Source: Myxococcota bacterium (GTDB lineage Bacteria; Myxococcota_A; UBA9160; UBA6930). From it: 64,000 nucleotides of DNA. Both the position numbers and the translations under genes were made by a program. Every line of letters starts with the position of its first letter. Position 1 is the first letter of the stretch. Below the pieces are notes generated by a model that did not search any database, was not told the DNA's origin, and worked only from the letters and a program-made list of their open reading frames with translations. The stretch is taken from positions 1,376,001 through 1,440,000 of the forward strand of contig OZ245015.1 of the NCBI GenBank assembly GCA_965223705.1, read 5' to 3'. This document shows, one piece after another, positions 10,714-21,697 of this stretch.

Positions 10714-11289
10714 TCAGGCGAGATCGGCCGCCAGCGCGTCGCGCGTGGCTCCTTCGATTGCTTGATCCCGCCGGTAGTTCGGGTGCTCGACGACGAGTCT
10801 GACCGGCACGCTGGGATCGGCGAACCGCGCGGCGCGTTCCGGTCCCAAGGGAAAACGCACGAACTGGACCGCGGAAATGCGGTCTTCTTCGAACTGTTTT
10901 TCATCGAATGTGGCGCGTACGCGATCATCACCGATCAGCATCGAGACGTGTTCGTCGATCCCCACCAGGCGATCGAGCTCGCTGCGAATCTCCGAACCGT
11001 CCGTGATCTCGATCATCATCGTCGCCGAAAGCTCGTGGTCGCCGGGGATGAGTTCGTTGTAGACCCGGACTTCGTGAGCGATGGCTTCTTCGTCGACGGT
11101 TCGCTCCGCGCGCGTCATTTCCTGAATCTGAAACATCACGGTGTCTCGATTCTCGAAGATGAAGGTCAGGCGATCGCCGACGAACACGCGCCGGTGTGCC
11201 TTCTCGGCAATCACGCGCTTGAGATATTCGGGACGCACTTTTTCGTAGGCGACCAGGTCGAGAATCTCGTCGGGGGACACTTTCCTCAC
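10714..11289 (-). CDS. DUF3501 family protein
   Basis: FENRDTVMFQIQEMTRAER, YNELIP, ISAVQFVRF; position downstream of rubrerythrin/Fe-S genes. Confidence 0.85.
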   Translation of the reverse strand: MRKVSPDEILDLVAYEKVRPEYLKRVIAEKAHRRVFVGDRLTFIFENRDTVMFQIQEMTRAERTVDEEAIAHEVRVYNELIPGDHELSATMMIEITDGSEIRSELDRLVGIDEHVSMLIGDDRVRATFDEKQFEEDRISAVQFVRFPLGPERAARFADPSVPVRLVVEHPNYRRDQAIEGATRDALAADLA

Positions 11290-12551
11290 GACGCATCTCC
11301 GAGTCCGTAGGCATCCCGCAAGAGCACCACGGGGTGGACGGCGCGGTGCCCCGTGCCCTCCTCAATGCGCAGCGCGGCCAACGGACAGTCGGTTGCCACA
11401 TGGTCCGGGTCGAGGTTTCGAACGCCCTCGAGGAGTTTCGCCGCCACCTTGTGGCTCTGGTCGTACCAACGGGCTTTCATTCCCCAGGTCCCGTCGACGC
11501 CCGAGCAGTTGTCGAGCATTTCGATTTCTTCAGCGCCGGCGAACTTGAGCAGCTGACGCGACCGGAAGCCGATGTTCTGGGATTTCAAATGACAGGGCAG
11601 GTGATATGCGACCTTGCCCAAGCGGGTCGGAAACTCCCGCTTGAGTTTCTTCTCCCGTCCGAGTCCGTACAAGAATTCCCCGATGTCGAACGTGTTCTCC
11701 GCGACGAGGCGCGCATCGTCCGTGCCGAGAAGCTCGGGGTACTCCTGCTTCATTTGGAGCGAGCAGGTCGGCCCCGGGACGACGACGGGGTAACCCTCGC
11801 GAACCCGTGGCACGAGCGAGGCTACGACTTTCTCGGCGTTCTTCTTCGCCTGGCCGAGGTCACCGCCGTGCAAGAAGGGGGCTCCGCAACAGCGATCATA
11901 CGCCGGTTCCACAGAAACCCCGTTGTGTTCGAGAACTTCCACCGCGGCGCGCGCGGTTTCGGCTTCCGCATATTCGACGAAGCAGGTTTGAAAAAGCAGA
12001 ACGTGGCCGTTCTCTCCGGGCACCGCTTGGGTCGGGCGAAGCTCTTTCGATGCGGGCTTCGATCCGTAGCGCGGCATCAGCCAGCGGCGATCGATCCCGG
12101 TGCCTTTCTCCATCAGCGTTCGCACGGCGCGGTTCTTGAACGCGGCGTTCGTCATCGACGATGTGAGACATGACACGCGGCCCATCATGTCCTGCCGCAT
12201 CCCGACGCGCTCCGCGAGCGGAATGCCTTCCTCCTGCGCCTGAACCACTTTCGCTCGGTTCATGAGCTTCGGGAAATCGATCTGCCACTCGTGCGGAGGA
12301 TGGTAGGGGCAGTGGTTGTAGCAGAGCTTGCACTGGTAGCAGAGGTCGATGACCTCGCGGGTTTCTGCCGCGGTGAGGTCGCTCGCTTTTTGCTCGTGGC
12401 GATCGATGGCCTCGAACAGCGACGGGAACGACGGACAGAGCGGCAGGCACCGCCGGCAGTCGTGACAGTGCTCGAACACCCGCGTCAGCTCACCGTCGAG
12501 GGACGCGCGCTCGAGAAAGTCCGGGTCGGAGAATTCGGGGTTCTTGCCCAT
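11286..12551 (-). CDS. Fe-S oxidoreductase (GlpC/HdrD-like; two CxxCxxC motifs plus CCG domains)
   Basis: [41 protein letters not shown]. Confidence 0.88.
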   Translation of the reverse strand: MGKNPEFSDPDFLERASLDGELTRVFEHCHDCRRCLPLCPSFPSLFEAIDRHEQKASDLTAAETREVIDLCYQCKLCYNHCPYHPPHEWQIDFPKLMNRAKVVQAQEEGIPLAERVGMRQDMMGRVSCLTSSMTNAAFKNRAVRTLMEKGTGIDRRWLMPRYGSKPASKELRPTQAVPGENGHVLLFQTCFVEYAEAETARAAVEVLEHNGVSVEPAYDRCCGAPFLHGGDLGQAKKNAEKVVASLVPRVREGYPVVVPGPTCSLQMKQEYPELLGTDDARLVAENTFDIGEFLYGLGREKKLKREFPTRLGKVAYHLPCHLKSQNIGFRSRQLLKFAGAEEIEMLDNCSGVDGTWGMKARWYDQSHKVAAKLLEGVRNLDPDHVATDCPLAALRIEEGTGHRAVHPVVLLRDAYGLGDAS

Positions 12552-12605
12552 GGATGCACCGGGAAGGCTGAGACGCCGGGGAAACCATCCCCGACGTCTC
12601 GCAAA

Positions 12606-13031
<426 letters not shown>

Positions 13032-13038
13032 CGGTCCG

Positions 13039-13509
13039 TTACTCCTCCTGATGAGACCGGGTTGGGGAGGCCGAAGCACGGGGCTCCGACCCGACAGGGT
13101 CGTTCCGACAAGCGGAACAGATCCCGAAGAAATCGACGGCGACCCGCGTAACCGCGACGCCGCGAGCGCGCTCGAGGCGACGCGCAATTCGCGAGCGGTG
13201 CTGCCTCGGGATATCGATGATCGAGCGGCAACGCTCGCAGATGAAATGATCGTGGGGCGCGACATTGCCGTCATAACGCGTTCCGCCGGGAGCGCCCCGC
13301 ACGGTGCGCACCGAGCCGTCGGCCACCAAGATCTCGAGGTTTCGGTACACGGTGCCGAGGGAGAGCTTCGGAAGTTCGCGCTGAAGCGCACCGTGGAGCT
13401 CGGCCGCCGTGGGGTGGCTCGGATCCGAGCGCAAATGCGCGAGAATCTCTTCGCGTTGTCGCGAGTGGTTCCGACGACGGGGTTCGGTACGCGCGGGGGG
13501 GAGCGGCAC
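13039..13509 (-). CDS. Fur-family regulator, PerR-like
   Basis: HPTA, SLGTVYRNL, RYD, HDHFICERC, IIDI, CSAC. Confidence 0.88.
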   Translation of the reverse strand: MPLPPARTEPRRRNHSRQREEILAHLRSDPSHPTAAELHGALQRELPKLSLGTVYRNLEILVADGSVRTVRGAPGGTRYDGNVAPHDHFICERCRSIIDIPRQHRSRIARRLERARGVAVTRVAVDFFGICSACRNDPVGSEPRASASPTRSHQEE

Positions 13510-13619
13510 GCTTCCGAGCCTAGCTCGGGGAGCCCGAAGCAGAAACCGAAAGAAGGATCTTTTCCTGTTTTTAGCCGAAGTCCGGGGGGCGGGTCCCCCA
13601 GTCTTGCTAGCCTGTCGCG

Positions 13620-14009
13620 ATGGCTCGGAGAACCGCCGTGTGCCTTGCTCTCGGATGGGTCGCAGGGGTGCTTTTCGGCTGTGCGGGAGGCGCCTCGACG
13701 CCGCGGATCGGGCAAGTGGGCGCGCCGCCGCCGTGCGCGCACGCCGGGGATTGGGATGCGGCCAAGGCCTACGCCAACGATGTCCTCGTCGAGGCCCGAA
13801 CCCGGCGCAAGATGCTCGAGCTCGGGGTAAATGACGCGATGGCTCCCATGGCGAAGAAACGCTGGGAGAGCTGCGGCCTCTCGAGGGCGTCGGACACGAT
13901 TTATCAGAATCTGGAGATGATCTGCCCCGACCGCGACGTGCCCATCTCGGAGCTCCGGGCGATGGCCTTCACCGAGTTCGTGGCCTGTGACACGCGCATG
14001 CCTGGATGA
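13620..14009 (+). CDS. Hypothetical lipoprotein
   Basis: Hydrophobic N-terminus with LFGC lipobox, four further Cys; TGnTAGCCT 6 nt upstream of ATG. Confidence 0.6.
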   Translation: MARRTAVCLALGWVAGVLFGCAGGASTPRIGQVGAPPPCAHAGDWDAAKAYANDVLVEARTRRKMLELGVNDAMAPMAKKRWESCGLSRASDTIYQNLEMICPDRDVPISELRAMAFTEFVACDTRMPG

Positions 14010-14069
14010 GCCTGGCGCTCGGTCCGGTCTCGACGACCCCCCATCGGTCGCGTAAGTTCACCTCGCTCT

Positions 14070-14145
14070 GCACGAGTAGCTCAGCTGGTAGAGCATCACG
14101 TTGCCAACGTGAGGGTCGCCGGTTCGAATCCGGTCTCGTGCTCCA
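14070..14145 (+). tRNA. tRNA-Gly (GCC)
   Basis: Acceptor GCACGAG/CTCGTGC, anticodon loop TTGCCAA, GGTTCGAATCC, CCA end. Confidence 0.97.
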
Positions 14146-14154
14146 GATTTCAAA

Positions 14155-14188
14155 GAACGCCCTCGGTCGTCGTTACCGAGGGCGTTCT
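14155..14188. terminator. Strong hairpin after tRNA-Gly (probable terminator)
   Basis: GAACGCCCTCGGT-7 nt loop-ACCGAGGGCGTTC perfect 13-bp stem; U-tract weak. Confidence 0.6.
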
Positions 14189-14536
14189 CGATCTCAGCTC
14201 AGCTAAGAACTTCGGCTTGGCTAGAACCTCTCGTTCGGCGTCTTCGACCGGTCCCGCGGCCTCTCGGGTTTCGGGCATCGAGTCTTCCCCTGGTTCCGAG
14301 AATGCCCCGTCCGACACAGAACTGTGATCTAGGGACGGGTCATCGACGCGGGCCGTTTCGATTCGATGGGTGTTACTCTCGTCCGGAGGCGAGGAGAGTC
14401 CTATGGCGTCGGCTTCATGCACCGGAGGGTGCGCCTGCAGAGCGATTCGCTTCGAGAGCGCGACGGGAGGGCGGTTCGCTGCGAACGTCTCCGCGAACGT
14501 CTGGTTGGACGGCCCGTCGTGGGAGCAGGTATCTCC

Positions 14537-15391
14537 ATGAGTGTCGTCGGCCGGCTCCAGACCATTTGGCGTTACCCGGTGAAATCCATGATGGGCGAGG
14601 AGCTTCCGTCGTGTCGCGTGGAGGAGGACGGGATTCCGGGCGACCGAGGATTCGCGTTGCACGACGCCGTCCAGGTCCGCGGCGCGAAGAAGTTCCCCGT
14701 CTTGATGCAGTGCCGTGCGCGCTACGACGGTGAGCCGTCCGATGGGACGACGCCGCCGGTTGTGGTCGAGCTGCCCGACGGAAACCGCGTGCGCAGCGAC
14801 GCCGCGGGGATCGATGTGGCCCTCGCCGACCTGGTCGGCAAAGACGTGAAGCTCTACCCGCGGCTCCCGGCCGATGCGGAGGACCACTACCGGCGCAACG
14901 AGCGCCTCGACGCCGCCGGGGCGCGGGAAGTGTTCGGGCGCAAGCCCGACGAGCCTCTGCCGGACCTCTCGATCATGCCGGGGGATGTCCTCGCCGAGCT
15001 GCGCGACTTCGCGACGCCGCGGGGCACGTACTTCGATGCGTTTCCGATCCACTTCCTGACGACGAGTTGGCTTGCAGCGCTTTCGGAAGCGAACCCCGAC
15101 GGGCGCTTCGAGGCGCCGCGTTTTCGCCCGAACTTCCTCATCGACGGCGCGGAGCCCGGGTTCGCCGAAGAGGGCTGGTGCGGGAAGCGCTTGCGCATCG
15201 GAAGTGTCGTCCTCTCGTGCGACACACCGACGATTCGTTGCTCGATGACGGCACAGCAGACGGAGGATCTGCCGAAGGACGCGAAAGTACTTCGCACCAT
15301 CGTCGAAGCGTCGAACCAGAACGTCGGCGCGTACGCACGCGTCGTTTCCTCCGGTAGCTGCCGCGTCGGCGACGACGTCGAGCTCCTCTAG
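14537..15391 (+). CDS. MOSC domain protein
   Basis: WRYPVKSM, GDRGFA, YFDAFPIH, RFRPN, RC. Confidence 0.9.
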   Translation: MSVVGRLQTIWRYPVKSMMGEELPSCRVEEDGIPGDRGFALHDAVQVRGAKKFPVLMQCRARYDGEPSDGTTPPVVVELPDGNRVRSDAAGIDVALADLVGKDVKLYPRLPADAEDHYRRNERLDAAGAREVFGRKPDEPLPDLSIMPGDVLAELRDFATPRGTYFDAFPIHFLTTSWLAALSEANPDGRFEAPRFRPNFLIDGAEPGFAEEGWCGKRLRIGSVVLSCDTPTIRCSMTAQQTEDLPKDAKVLRTIVEASNQNVGAYARVVSSGSCRVGDDVELL

Positions 15392-15399
15392 TCGGACGC

Positions 15400-15789
15400 A
15401 TGCAGGAATCCGAAGCCACGACGCGCGGCGTCCGCGTTCATGTCCGTTCCTTCTTTCTCCCGGATCGCTCCGATCCCGCAAATGGCCAGTGGCTCTTCGC
15501 CTACCGCGTCACCGTTGCGAATGAAGGACACGACACGGTGCAGCTCATCAGTCGGCACTGGACGATCGTCGACGGCAACGGTGAGCGAGAAGAAGTGCGC
15601 GGGCCCGGTGTCGTGGGCGAGCAACCGGTGCTAGCGCCGGGAGAACGTTTCGAATACACCTCTGGATGTCCTCTCGGCACACCCGTCGGGACCATGACTG
15701 GCTCGTACCAGATGCGGCTGCCGGACGGCACGATGTTCGACGCGGAGATCGCCACGTTCACGCTCGCGGAAAATCGAGCACTTCACTAG
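15400..15789 (+). CDS. apaG: ApaG protein
   Basis: FAYRVTV, QLISRHWTI, GPGVVGEQP, YTSGCPL, G.M.GSY. Confidence 0.95.
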   Translation: MQESEATTRGVRVHVRSFFLPDRSDPANGQWLFAYRVTVANEGHDTVQLISRHWTIVDGNGEREEVRGPGVVGEQPVLAPGERFEYTSGCPLGTPVGTMTGSYQMRLPDGTMFDAEIATFTLAENRALH

Positions 15790-15796
15790 AGGCGCC

Positions 15797-16012
15797 ATGG
15801 CAGCAGGAGAACTGATCGCTTTCGGGTGGATGGCGAGCGCACTGGGGACTGCCGTCGTTGCGCAATCGAAGAACCGCGGCGGGTGCGCGTGGTTCTTCGC
15901 GGGCCTTGTCGGAGGTCCCGTGGGCCTCCTGGCAGCGATCTTGATGCCGAAGGCACCGGAGCCGGGGAGCGGCGAGGCGACCGCGGACGCGAACCGCGAT
16001 CCACCGGACTAG
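15797..16012 (+). CDS. Small membrane protein
   Basis: Two hydrophobic segments, AQSKNR..WFFAGLV.GP.GLL pattern; GAGG SD; fills gap between apaG and next gene. Confidence 0.65.
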   Translation: MAAGELIAFGWMASALGTAVVAQSKNRGGCAWFFAGLVGGPVGLLAAILMPKAPEPGSGEATADANRDPPD

Positions 16013-17193
16013 CCGAGGACGCCTTCCTCCCGGAGGCGTCCCAGCTCGGCGTCTCCGAGACCCAAATCACGCAGGACCTCGTCGGTATGCTCGCCGAGGC
16101 TCGGCGCCTGCCGTCGCAAACGGGTCGGTGTCTCGGAGAAACGCGCCGCTGCCCGCGTGTGTCGGATGGTGCCCGCCACGGGATGCTCGGTTTCGACGAT
16201 GAGTTCGTTCTGCTCGATCTGGGGATGATCGATGACCTCGCGCCGCCGCAACACCGGGGCACAGGGAACCGACTCCGCTTCGAGCCGCTCGAGCCAGTAG
16301 TCCGTCGTGTTGGTAGCGAAAACCTCCGCCATCGCCTGCAAGCGGTCTTCGACGTTCGCCATACGGTCCGACGCGGTCTTGAAGCGAGGATCGTCGAGCC
16401 ACTGCGGTTGGTTCAAGGCGCGGGTCATGCCGAGCCATTCGGCATCGGAGACCGCGCCCGCGGTCACGTAGCCGTCCCGGGTTTCGAAGATGAGATCTTG
16501 AGACAACGAGATCCGTTCGCCGTGGGCGCCCTCACCGACGAACGTGAAACCCGTCATGCCCTCGGTCCACAAGAACGAGACCATCGCGTCGAGCATGGCG
16601 AGACGAACGTGTTGCCCCTTGCCGGTGCGCTCGCGCGAAAGGAGGGCGGCCGTGATGGCCTGGGCGGAAGTCATCGCCGTGAGCTTGTCCGGAACGATGA
16701 GGCGCACCATCTGCGGTCGCCCGGTCTCCCGGTTGCGTTGGATGTCTGCCAGGCCCGACAGCGATTGGATGATGGGGTCGTACACGCGCTTGTTCGCGTA
16801 CGGCCCGCTTTCGCCAAAACCGCTGATCGAGACGTAGATCAGGTTCGGGTTGACCGTCCGCAACGCGTCTTCTCCGATGCCCATGCGCTCGGCGGCTCCG
16901 GGGCGGAAGTTCTGCACGAAGACGTCGGCCGTCGCCACGAGTTGCTTCAGCAGGGCGACTCCGCTCTCTTGCTTGAGGTCGAGCACGACCGAACGCTTGT
17001 TGCGGTTCGCGGTCAAGAACGCCGCCGAGAGCCCGCCCCGTTTTGCGCCGAGAAACCGCACGAGATCGCCCGTGCCCGGCATTTCGATCTTGATGACGTC
17101 GGCGCCTTGGTCGCCGAGAAGCATCGTGCCGAGGGGCCCCGAGATCATGGTGGTTGCGTCGATCACGCGATAGCCGTCGAGCGGTCCGGTCAT
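16009..17193 (-). CDS. CoA-transferase family III (CaiB/BaiF)
   Basis: GPLDGYRVID, GADVIKIE, NRNKRS, DVFVQNFRPG, ISGFG, APSLGEHT. Confidence 0.93.
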   Translation of the reverse strand: MTGPLDGYRVIDATTMISGPLGTMLLGDQGADVIKIEMPGTGDLVRFLGAKRGGLSAAFLTANRNKRSVVLDLKQESGVALLKQLVATADVFVQNFRPGAAERMGIGEDALRTVNPNLIYVSISGFGESGPYANKRVYDPIIQSLSGLADIQRNRETGRPQMVRLIVPDKLTAMTSAQAITAALLSRERTGKGQHVRLAMLDAMVSFLWTEGMTGFTFVGEGAHGERISLSQDLIFETRDGYVTAGAVSDAEWLGMTRALNQPQWLDDPRFKTASDRMANVEDRLQAMAEVFATNTTDYWLERLEAESVPCAPVLRRREVIDHPQIEQNELIVETEHPVAGTIRHTRAAARFSETPTRLRRQAPSLGEHTDEVLRDLGLGDAELGRLREEGVLG

Positions 17194-17196
17194 GGT

Positions 17197-17901
17197 TCAC
17201 TCCGAGGCGACGGCGCTCGCGGAATCGAGACGCCATCGACTCCGAAGGGTCGGCTGCGTGAGCGCCTCGCGCAAGGTCGCCAAGTAGCGGCTGCGCGACC
17301 ATTCCGAAACGCCAAAGCGGCGGAGGTGGGGGTTGTCGATTTGGCAGTCAAAGAGCGTGAAGTCCCAGCGCACGAGCTGGCGCACGAGGGTGACCCAAGC
17401 GGCCTTCGATGCATCGCGCTCGCGGTGAAACATCGATTCGCCGAAGAACGCCCGGCCCAGTGAGACTCCGTAGATTCCGCCGACGAGCTCCCCGTCTCGC
17501 CACGCTTCGCAAGAATGGGCGAAGCCCAAGGCGAACAACGCCTCGTAGGCGCGGATCATGTCCCGGTTGATCCACGTGCCGTCTTGCCCACGACGAGGCG
17601 TCTTTGCGCACGCGCGGATGACCTCGTCGAAGGCTCTGTCGAGCGTGACCTCGAATGCGCCTTGTCGCAGGGTTCGATCCAGCCGCCGCGGCACGTGGAG
17701 TTCGGCGGGAACGACGACCGCTCGCGGATCGGGGGAGAACCACAGGATCGGCGGCTCATCGAACCAGGGGAAGATTCCGTTCGCGTAGGCGAGGATCAGG
17801 CGCTCGGGCGCGAGATCGCCCCCGACGGCGAGCAGGCCGCTGTCGTCGGCTTCTTCGGGGTCCGGGAAGACGATCTCGGTGCCCAGCTGATACACCGTCA
17901 T
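17197..17901 (-). CDS. aat: Leucyl/phenylalanyl-tRNA--protein transferase
   Basis: GLLAVGGDL, AY.NGIFPW, WFSPDPR, LVGG.YG, FFGESMF, DASK, DCQ. Confidence 0.96.
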   Translation of the reverse strand: MTVYQLGTEIVFPDPEEADDSGLLAVGGDLAPERLILAYANGIFPWFDEPPILWFSPDPRAVVVPAELHVPRRLDRTLRQGAFEVTLDRAFDEVIRACAKTPRRGQDGTWINRDMIRAYEALFALGFAHSCEAWRDGELVGGIYGVSLGRAFFGESMFHRERDASKAAWVTLVRQLVRWDFTLFDCQIDNPHLRRFGVSEWSRSRYLATLREALTQPTLRSRWRLDSASAVASE

Positions 17902-17997
17902 TTCGCGATGGTACCGGCTGACCGGGAGTCAGCTCGGCGCTCCGGTTCGTCGCGTCGGGCTGCTATTCTCGACGCCACTGATTCACGAGGCAAAAGC

Positions 17998-19107
17998 TTG
18001 AATTTCGAATTCTCTGAAGACCAAAAGTTCGTGCAGCACACGGCGCGCGATTATCTCGACGAGCACGCGAGCCTAGACGTGTGCCGCGCCGCACTCGAAT
18101 CACCGCGTCCCTTTGACGAAGAACTCTGGAAAGGCGTCGCCGAGATGGGTTGGCTCGGGGCAGCGGTTCCCGAGAACTACGGCGGGGCTGGCCTCGGTCG
18201 CCTCGAGCTCGCACTCATCGCCGAGGAAATCGGTCGAGCGCTCGCGCCGATCCCGTTCGCCGGGTCGGTGTATCTCGCGACGGAAGCGCTGCTACTCGCC
18301 GGGACCGACGCCCAGAAAGAGCGCTACCTGCCACGGCTCGTGTCCGGCGACCTCGTGGGTTCTTTTGCGGTGAGCGAAGGTGTCGGGGAACCGAACCTCG
18401 CATCCCCTTCCGTGAGCTTCGACGGCGCGTCACTCAATGGAACGAAACAACCCGTTCTCGACGGTGTGGCGTCGAACGTGGCCATCGTCGTGGCTCGAGA
18501 AGGCTCCGGCACGTCGCTGGCCATCGTCGAGCTCGACGCCGACGGGGTCACGCGAACGCCTCTCGACAGCTTCGACCCCAGCCGACCGCTCGCGCGCTTC
18601 GATTTCTCCGGAGCTCCGGCGGAACGGCTCGGCGAAGCGGGGCAGGGCGACGCGCTGGCGAGCGCGGTGATGGACCGCGCCGCGGTGCTCCTCGGCTTCG
18701 AGCAGGTCGGTGGCGCGCACCGCGCCCTCGAGATGACGAAAGAGTTCACCCTCGGGCGCTACGCCTTCGGTCGCCCCGTCGCTTCGTTCCAAGCGCTCAA
18801 GCACCGGATGGCGGAGTGGTACGGCGCCGTGGAGCTCGCCCGTTCGAACTCCTACTACGGGGCCTGGGCCCTGCATCACGAGAATGACGAACTCCCCATC
18901 GGCGCCTGCATCGCCCGCGTCGCCGCGTGCGAGGCGTTCGACCTCGCGGGCGAAGAAATGATCCAGATGCACGGCGGCGTGGGGTTCACCTGGGAATACG
19001 ACTGCCATTTGTTCTACAAGCGCAGCAAACTCCTCTCCCTCAGTCTGGGTAGCGCCACGTATTGGCGCGAGCTTTTGATGCAGCGCCTCGAAGGGCGCTC
19101 TCTGTAG
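17998..19107 (+). CDS. Acyl-CoA dehydrogenase family, probable beta (non-catalytic) subunit of a heteromeric ACAD
   Basis: FSEDQ, LW..AEMGW, R.AFGRPVASFQALKH, IQMHGGVGFTWE; TTG start inferred. Confidence 0.88.
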   Translation: MNFEFSEDQKFVQHTARDYLDEHASLDVCRAALESPRPFDEELWKGVAEMGWLGAAVPENYGGAGLGRLELALIAEEIGRALAPIPFAGSVYLATEALLLAGTDAQKERYLPRLVSGDLVGSFAVSEGVGEPNLASPSVSFDGASLNGTKQPVLDGVASNVAIVVAREGSGTSLAIVELDADGVTRTPLDSFDPSRPLARFDFSGAPAERLGEAGQGDALASAVMDRAAVLLGFEQVGGAHRALEMTKEFTLGRYAFGRPVASFQALKHRMAEWYGAVELARSNSYYGAWALHHENDELPIGACIARVAACEAFDLAGEEMIQMHGGVGFTWEYDCHLFYKRSKLLSLSLGSATYWRELLMQRLEGRSL

Positions 19108-19126
19108 CGAACCGCAGGAGCGAACC

Positions 19127-20374
19127 ATGGATTTCGACGACACACCGGAAGAAGCGGCGTTTCGCCAGAAGGCACACGATTGGCTGGCGAGCAACGCCAA
19201 GCCGCTCCCGCCGGACGCGACCGGCCCCGTCATGCTCGGCGAACGCGAAGACGCCGCCGCAATCGATGAATGCAAAAAATGGCAGGCGACGAAGGCCGAC
19301 GCGGGATGGGCGTGCCTCACCTGGCCGAAGGAATACGGCGGGCAAGGCCTGACTTCGATGCACAACGTGATCTTCAAGCAGGAAGAAGCGAAGTTCGAGG
19401 TGCCCGCCGATGTCTACACCATCGGCCTCGGCATGTTGGGTCCGACGCTGATGGCCCACGGGACCGACGAGCAGAAGAAGAAATACATCCCCCAGATGAT
19501 CCGCGGTCAGGAAATCTGGTGCCAGCTCTTCAGCGAACCGGCCGCTGGGTCCGATCTCGCGGGCCTGCGGACTACGGCGACTCGCGACGGGGATGACTGG
19601 ATCATCAACGGGCAAAAGATCTGGAGCACCGGTGCGCACTTCTGCGACTGGGGCATGATCGTGACGCGCAGCGATTCCGAAGCTGCGAAGCACGCCGGGC
19701 TCACCTATTTCATCGTCGACATGAACGCGCCCGGCGTCGAAGTGCGCCCCATCAAGCAGATCAACGGCTCGAGCGGGTTCAACGAGGTCTTCTTCACCGA
19801 CGTGCGCGTTCCGGACGAAAACCGGGTCGGCGCCGAAGGCGACGGCTGGCGCGTCGCGCTCACCACGCTGATGAACGAACGCGTCGCGATCGGCGCCGGG
19901 AGCTCTTCCGGCCGGTTGCGCGATCTCTTCACACTGGCGCGCGAGACCCAGCGCGGCGGTCGGCCCGCCATCGAGGACAGCGCGGTACGCCAGCGCCTCG
20001 CCGACTTCTACGTGAAATCGAAAGGTCTCGTGAACACCGGCTACCGGACGCTCTCCGCGGTCTCACGCGGCGCGACCCCGGGGCCCGAGGGCTCGATTGG
20101 CAAGGCGATCGGCGCGCCGATGGGCCAGGATATGGCGGCGTTTGCCCTCGAGCTCCAAGGCGCGATGGGGGCCGCGATGGATGCGGACATCGTCCCCCAG
20201 GACGCGTTCTGGCAGGAGACGTACCTGGGAATGCCGGGCATGCGGATCGCTGGAGGCACCGACGAGATCCTCAAGAACATCATCGCCGAGAGGGTGTTGG
20301 GTCTTCCCCCCGAAATTCGCGTCGACAAGGATAAACCGTTCCGCGAGATTCCGACTGGCCCTCCCAGCAAATAG
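19127..20374 (+). CDS. Acyl-CoA dehydrogenase family, alpha subunit
   Basis: WCQLFSEP.AGSDLA, NGQKIW, FNEVFF, IAGGTDEILKNIIAERVLGLP. Confidence 0.93.
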   Translation: MDFDDTPEEAAFRQKAHDWLASNAKPLPPDATGPVMLGEREDAAAIDECKKWQATKADAGWACLTWPKEYGGQGLTSMHNVIFKQEEAKFEVPADVYTIGLGMLGPTLMAHGTDEQKKKYIPQMIRGQEIWCQLFSEPAAGSDLAGLRTTATRDGDDWIINGQKIWSTGAHFCDWGMIVTRSDSEAAKHAGLTYFIVDMNAPGVEVRPIKQINGSSGFNEVFFTDVRVPDENRVGAEGDGWRVALTTLMNERVAIGAGSSSGRLRDLFTLARETQRGGRPAIEDSAVRQRLADFYVKSKGLVNTGYRTLSAVSRGATPGPEGSIGKAIGAPMGQDMAAFALELQGAMGAAMDADIVPQDAFWQETYLGMPGMRIAGGTDEILKNIIAERVLGLPPEIRVDKDKPFREIPTGPPSK

Positions 20375-20422
20375 TCGCGCTGCCGATAAGCAGGAGCGTC
20401 GGAGGTCAATTCTGGGACCGTT

Positions 20423-21697
20423 ATGGACTTGCTGACGCTGATTGTCGTCGTGGTCGTGTGTCTCGCGTTCTCGGCTTTCTTTTCCGGGAGCGAGACAGCG
20501 CTGCTTCGGCTCGACAGCCACGAGGCCGAGGAGGAGGCGCGCGCCATGCGCGGGCCGGGAGCGATCGCGGTCCGCGATCTGTTGTCTTCGACTTCTCGCT
20601 TGCTCGTCACGATTCTGCTGGGCAACAACCTGGTCAATATCCTGGGCGCTGCCGCCGCGTCGGTCGTCGCGATCCGTTACCTCGGCGAGGGAACGGGCGT
20701 TCTCGTTTCGACCCTCACGATGACGGCCGTCGTCCTCATCTTTTGCGAGGTGCTTCCCAAGGCGGTGGCGGCGAGGCATCCCCGGTTGATCGCCTCGTGG
20801 GTCGGCCTGCCCATCTACGTCCTGCACCAACTGCTGCGACCCTTGCATTACTTGTTCGACCGTCTCGTCGAACCGGTGGTGCGGCGCGTGGGAGGCAGCA
20901 GCAGCGAAGCGGAGGATCCGCTCAGCACCGAGATGGTGCTGCGGGTCGCTCGCAGCACGCGCGCGGGTGCGCCCGACGGGACGCCGCTGGCCATCATGGG
21001 CAAGACAGCCGGCGCGGCGGAAATGACCGTCGACGAGATCATGGTGCCGCGGACGGAAATCTTCGCCTGCGACATCGCGGTCGAGCCCGCTGAGCTCCTC
21101 GAGCGCGTCCTGGAAGAACGCTACACGCGGGTTCCGATCTTCCAGGAGTCCATCGATCACGTGCTCGGCGTTGTGCACTTGAAAGACTTGATCGAGTTGG
21201 TGCGCAGCGGGACCGGTGAACTCAAGGACGTGATCAAGCCTGTCCTGCGCGTGCCCGCGCGGAAGAAGATCCTGCGTCTCCTGACCGAGATGCAGCGCGC
21301 CTTCGTTCACTTGGCCGTTGTGAAAGACGAATTCGGGGTGACCCAGGGCATCGTGACCCAGGAGGACATCCTGGAAGAGATCGTCGGAGAAATTCGCGAC
21401 GAGTTCGACCGCGAAGAGCTCCAGAGCATCCGCAAGATGCCCGACGGTTCCTACTTGGCGCTCGGTCGCGTCAAGGTCCTCGATTTCGATCGCGCCACGG
21501 GCTGGACGATTCCGTCCGAGCGGGGGGACTCCCTCGCGGGACTCGTCTTCAACACCTTGGGCCACGCGCCCTACAAGGGTGAAGTCGCGAATCTCGACGG
21601 TTTCTCACTCACGGTCGAAGACCTTTCGGGAAGCCGCATCACGCGGGTGCGTGTGCGCCAGCGCGTCGAAAACGCAGAAGGCACCGCGCTTGACTGA
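20423..21697 (+). CDS. CNNM(DUF21)-CBS-CorC family protein (hemolysin-like / Mg2+ transport)
   Basis: SAFFSGSETA, TILLGNNLVN, EVLPK, IMVPR, YTRVP, DEFG, EEIVGEIRDEFD. Confidence 0.92.
   Translation: MDLLTLIVVVVVCLAFSAFFSGSETALLRLDSHEAEEEARAMRGPGAIAVRDLLSSTSRLLVTILLGNNLVNILGAAAASVVAIRYLGEGTGVLVSTLTMTAVVLIFCEVLPKAVAARHPRLIASWVGLPIYVLHQLLRPLHYLFDRLVEPVVRRVGGSSSEAEDPLSTEMVLRVARSTRAGAPDGTPLAIMGKTAGAAEMTVDEIMVPRTEIFACDIAVEPAELLERVLEERYTRVPIFQESIDHVLGVVHLKDLIELVRSGTGELKDVIKPVLRVPARKKILRLLTEMQRAFVHLAVVKDEFGVTQGIVTQEDILEEIVGEIRDEFDREELQSIRKMPDGSYLALGRVKVLDFDRATGWTIPSERGDSLAGLVFNTLGHAPYKGEVANLDGFSLTVEDLSGSRITRVRVRQRVENAEGTALD

Noticed and set aside
14146..14536. Integrated element or small gene after tRNA-Gly
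   Set aside because: No integrase, no duplicated tRNA 3' end noticed, and no convincing ORF in any frame I read
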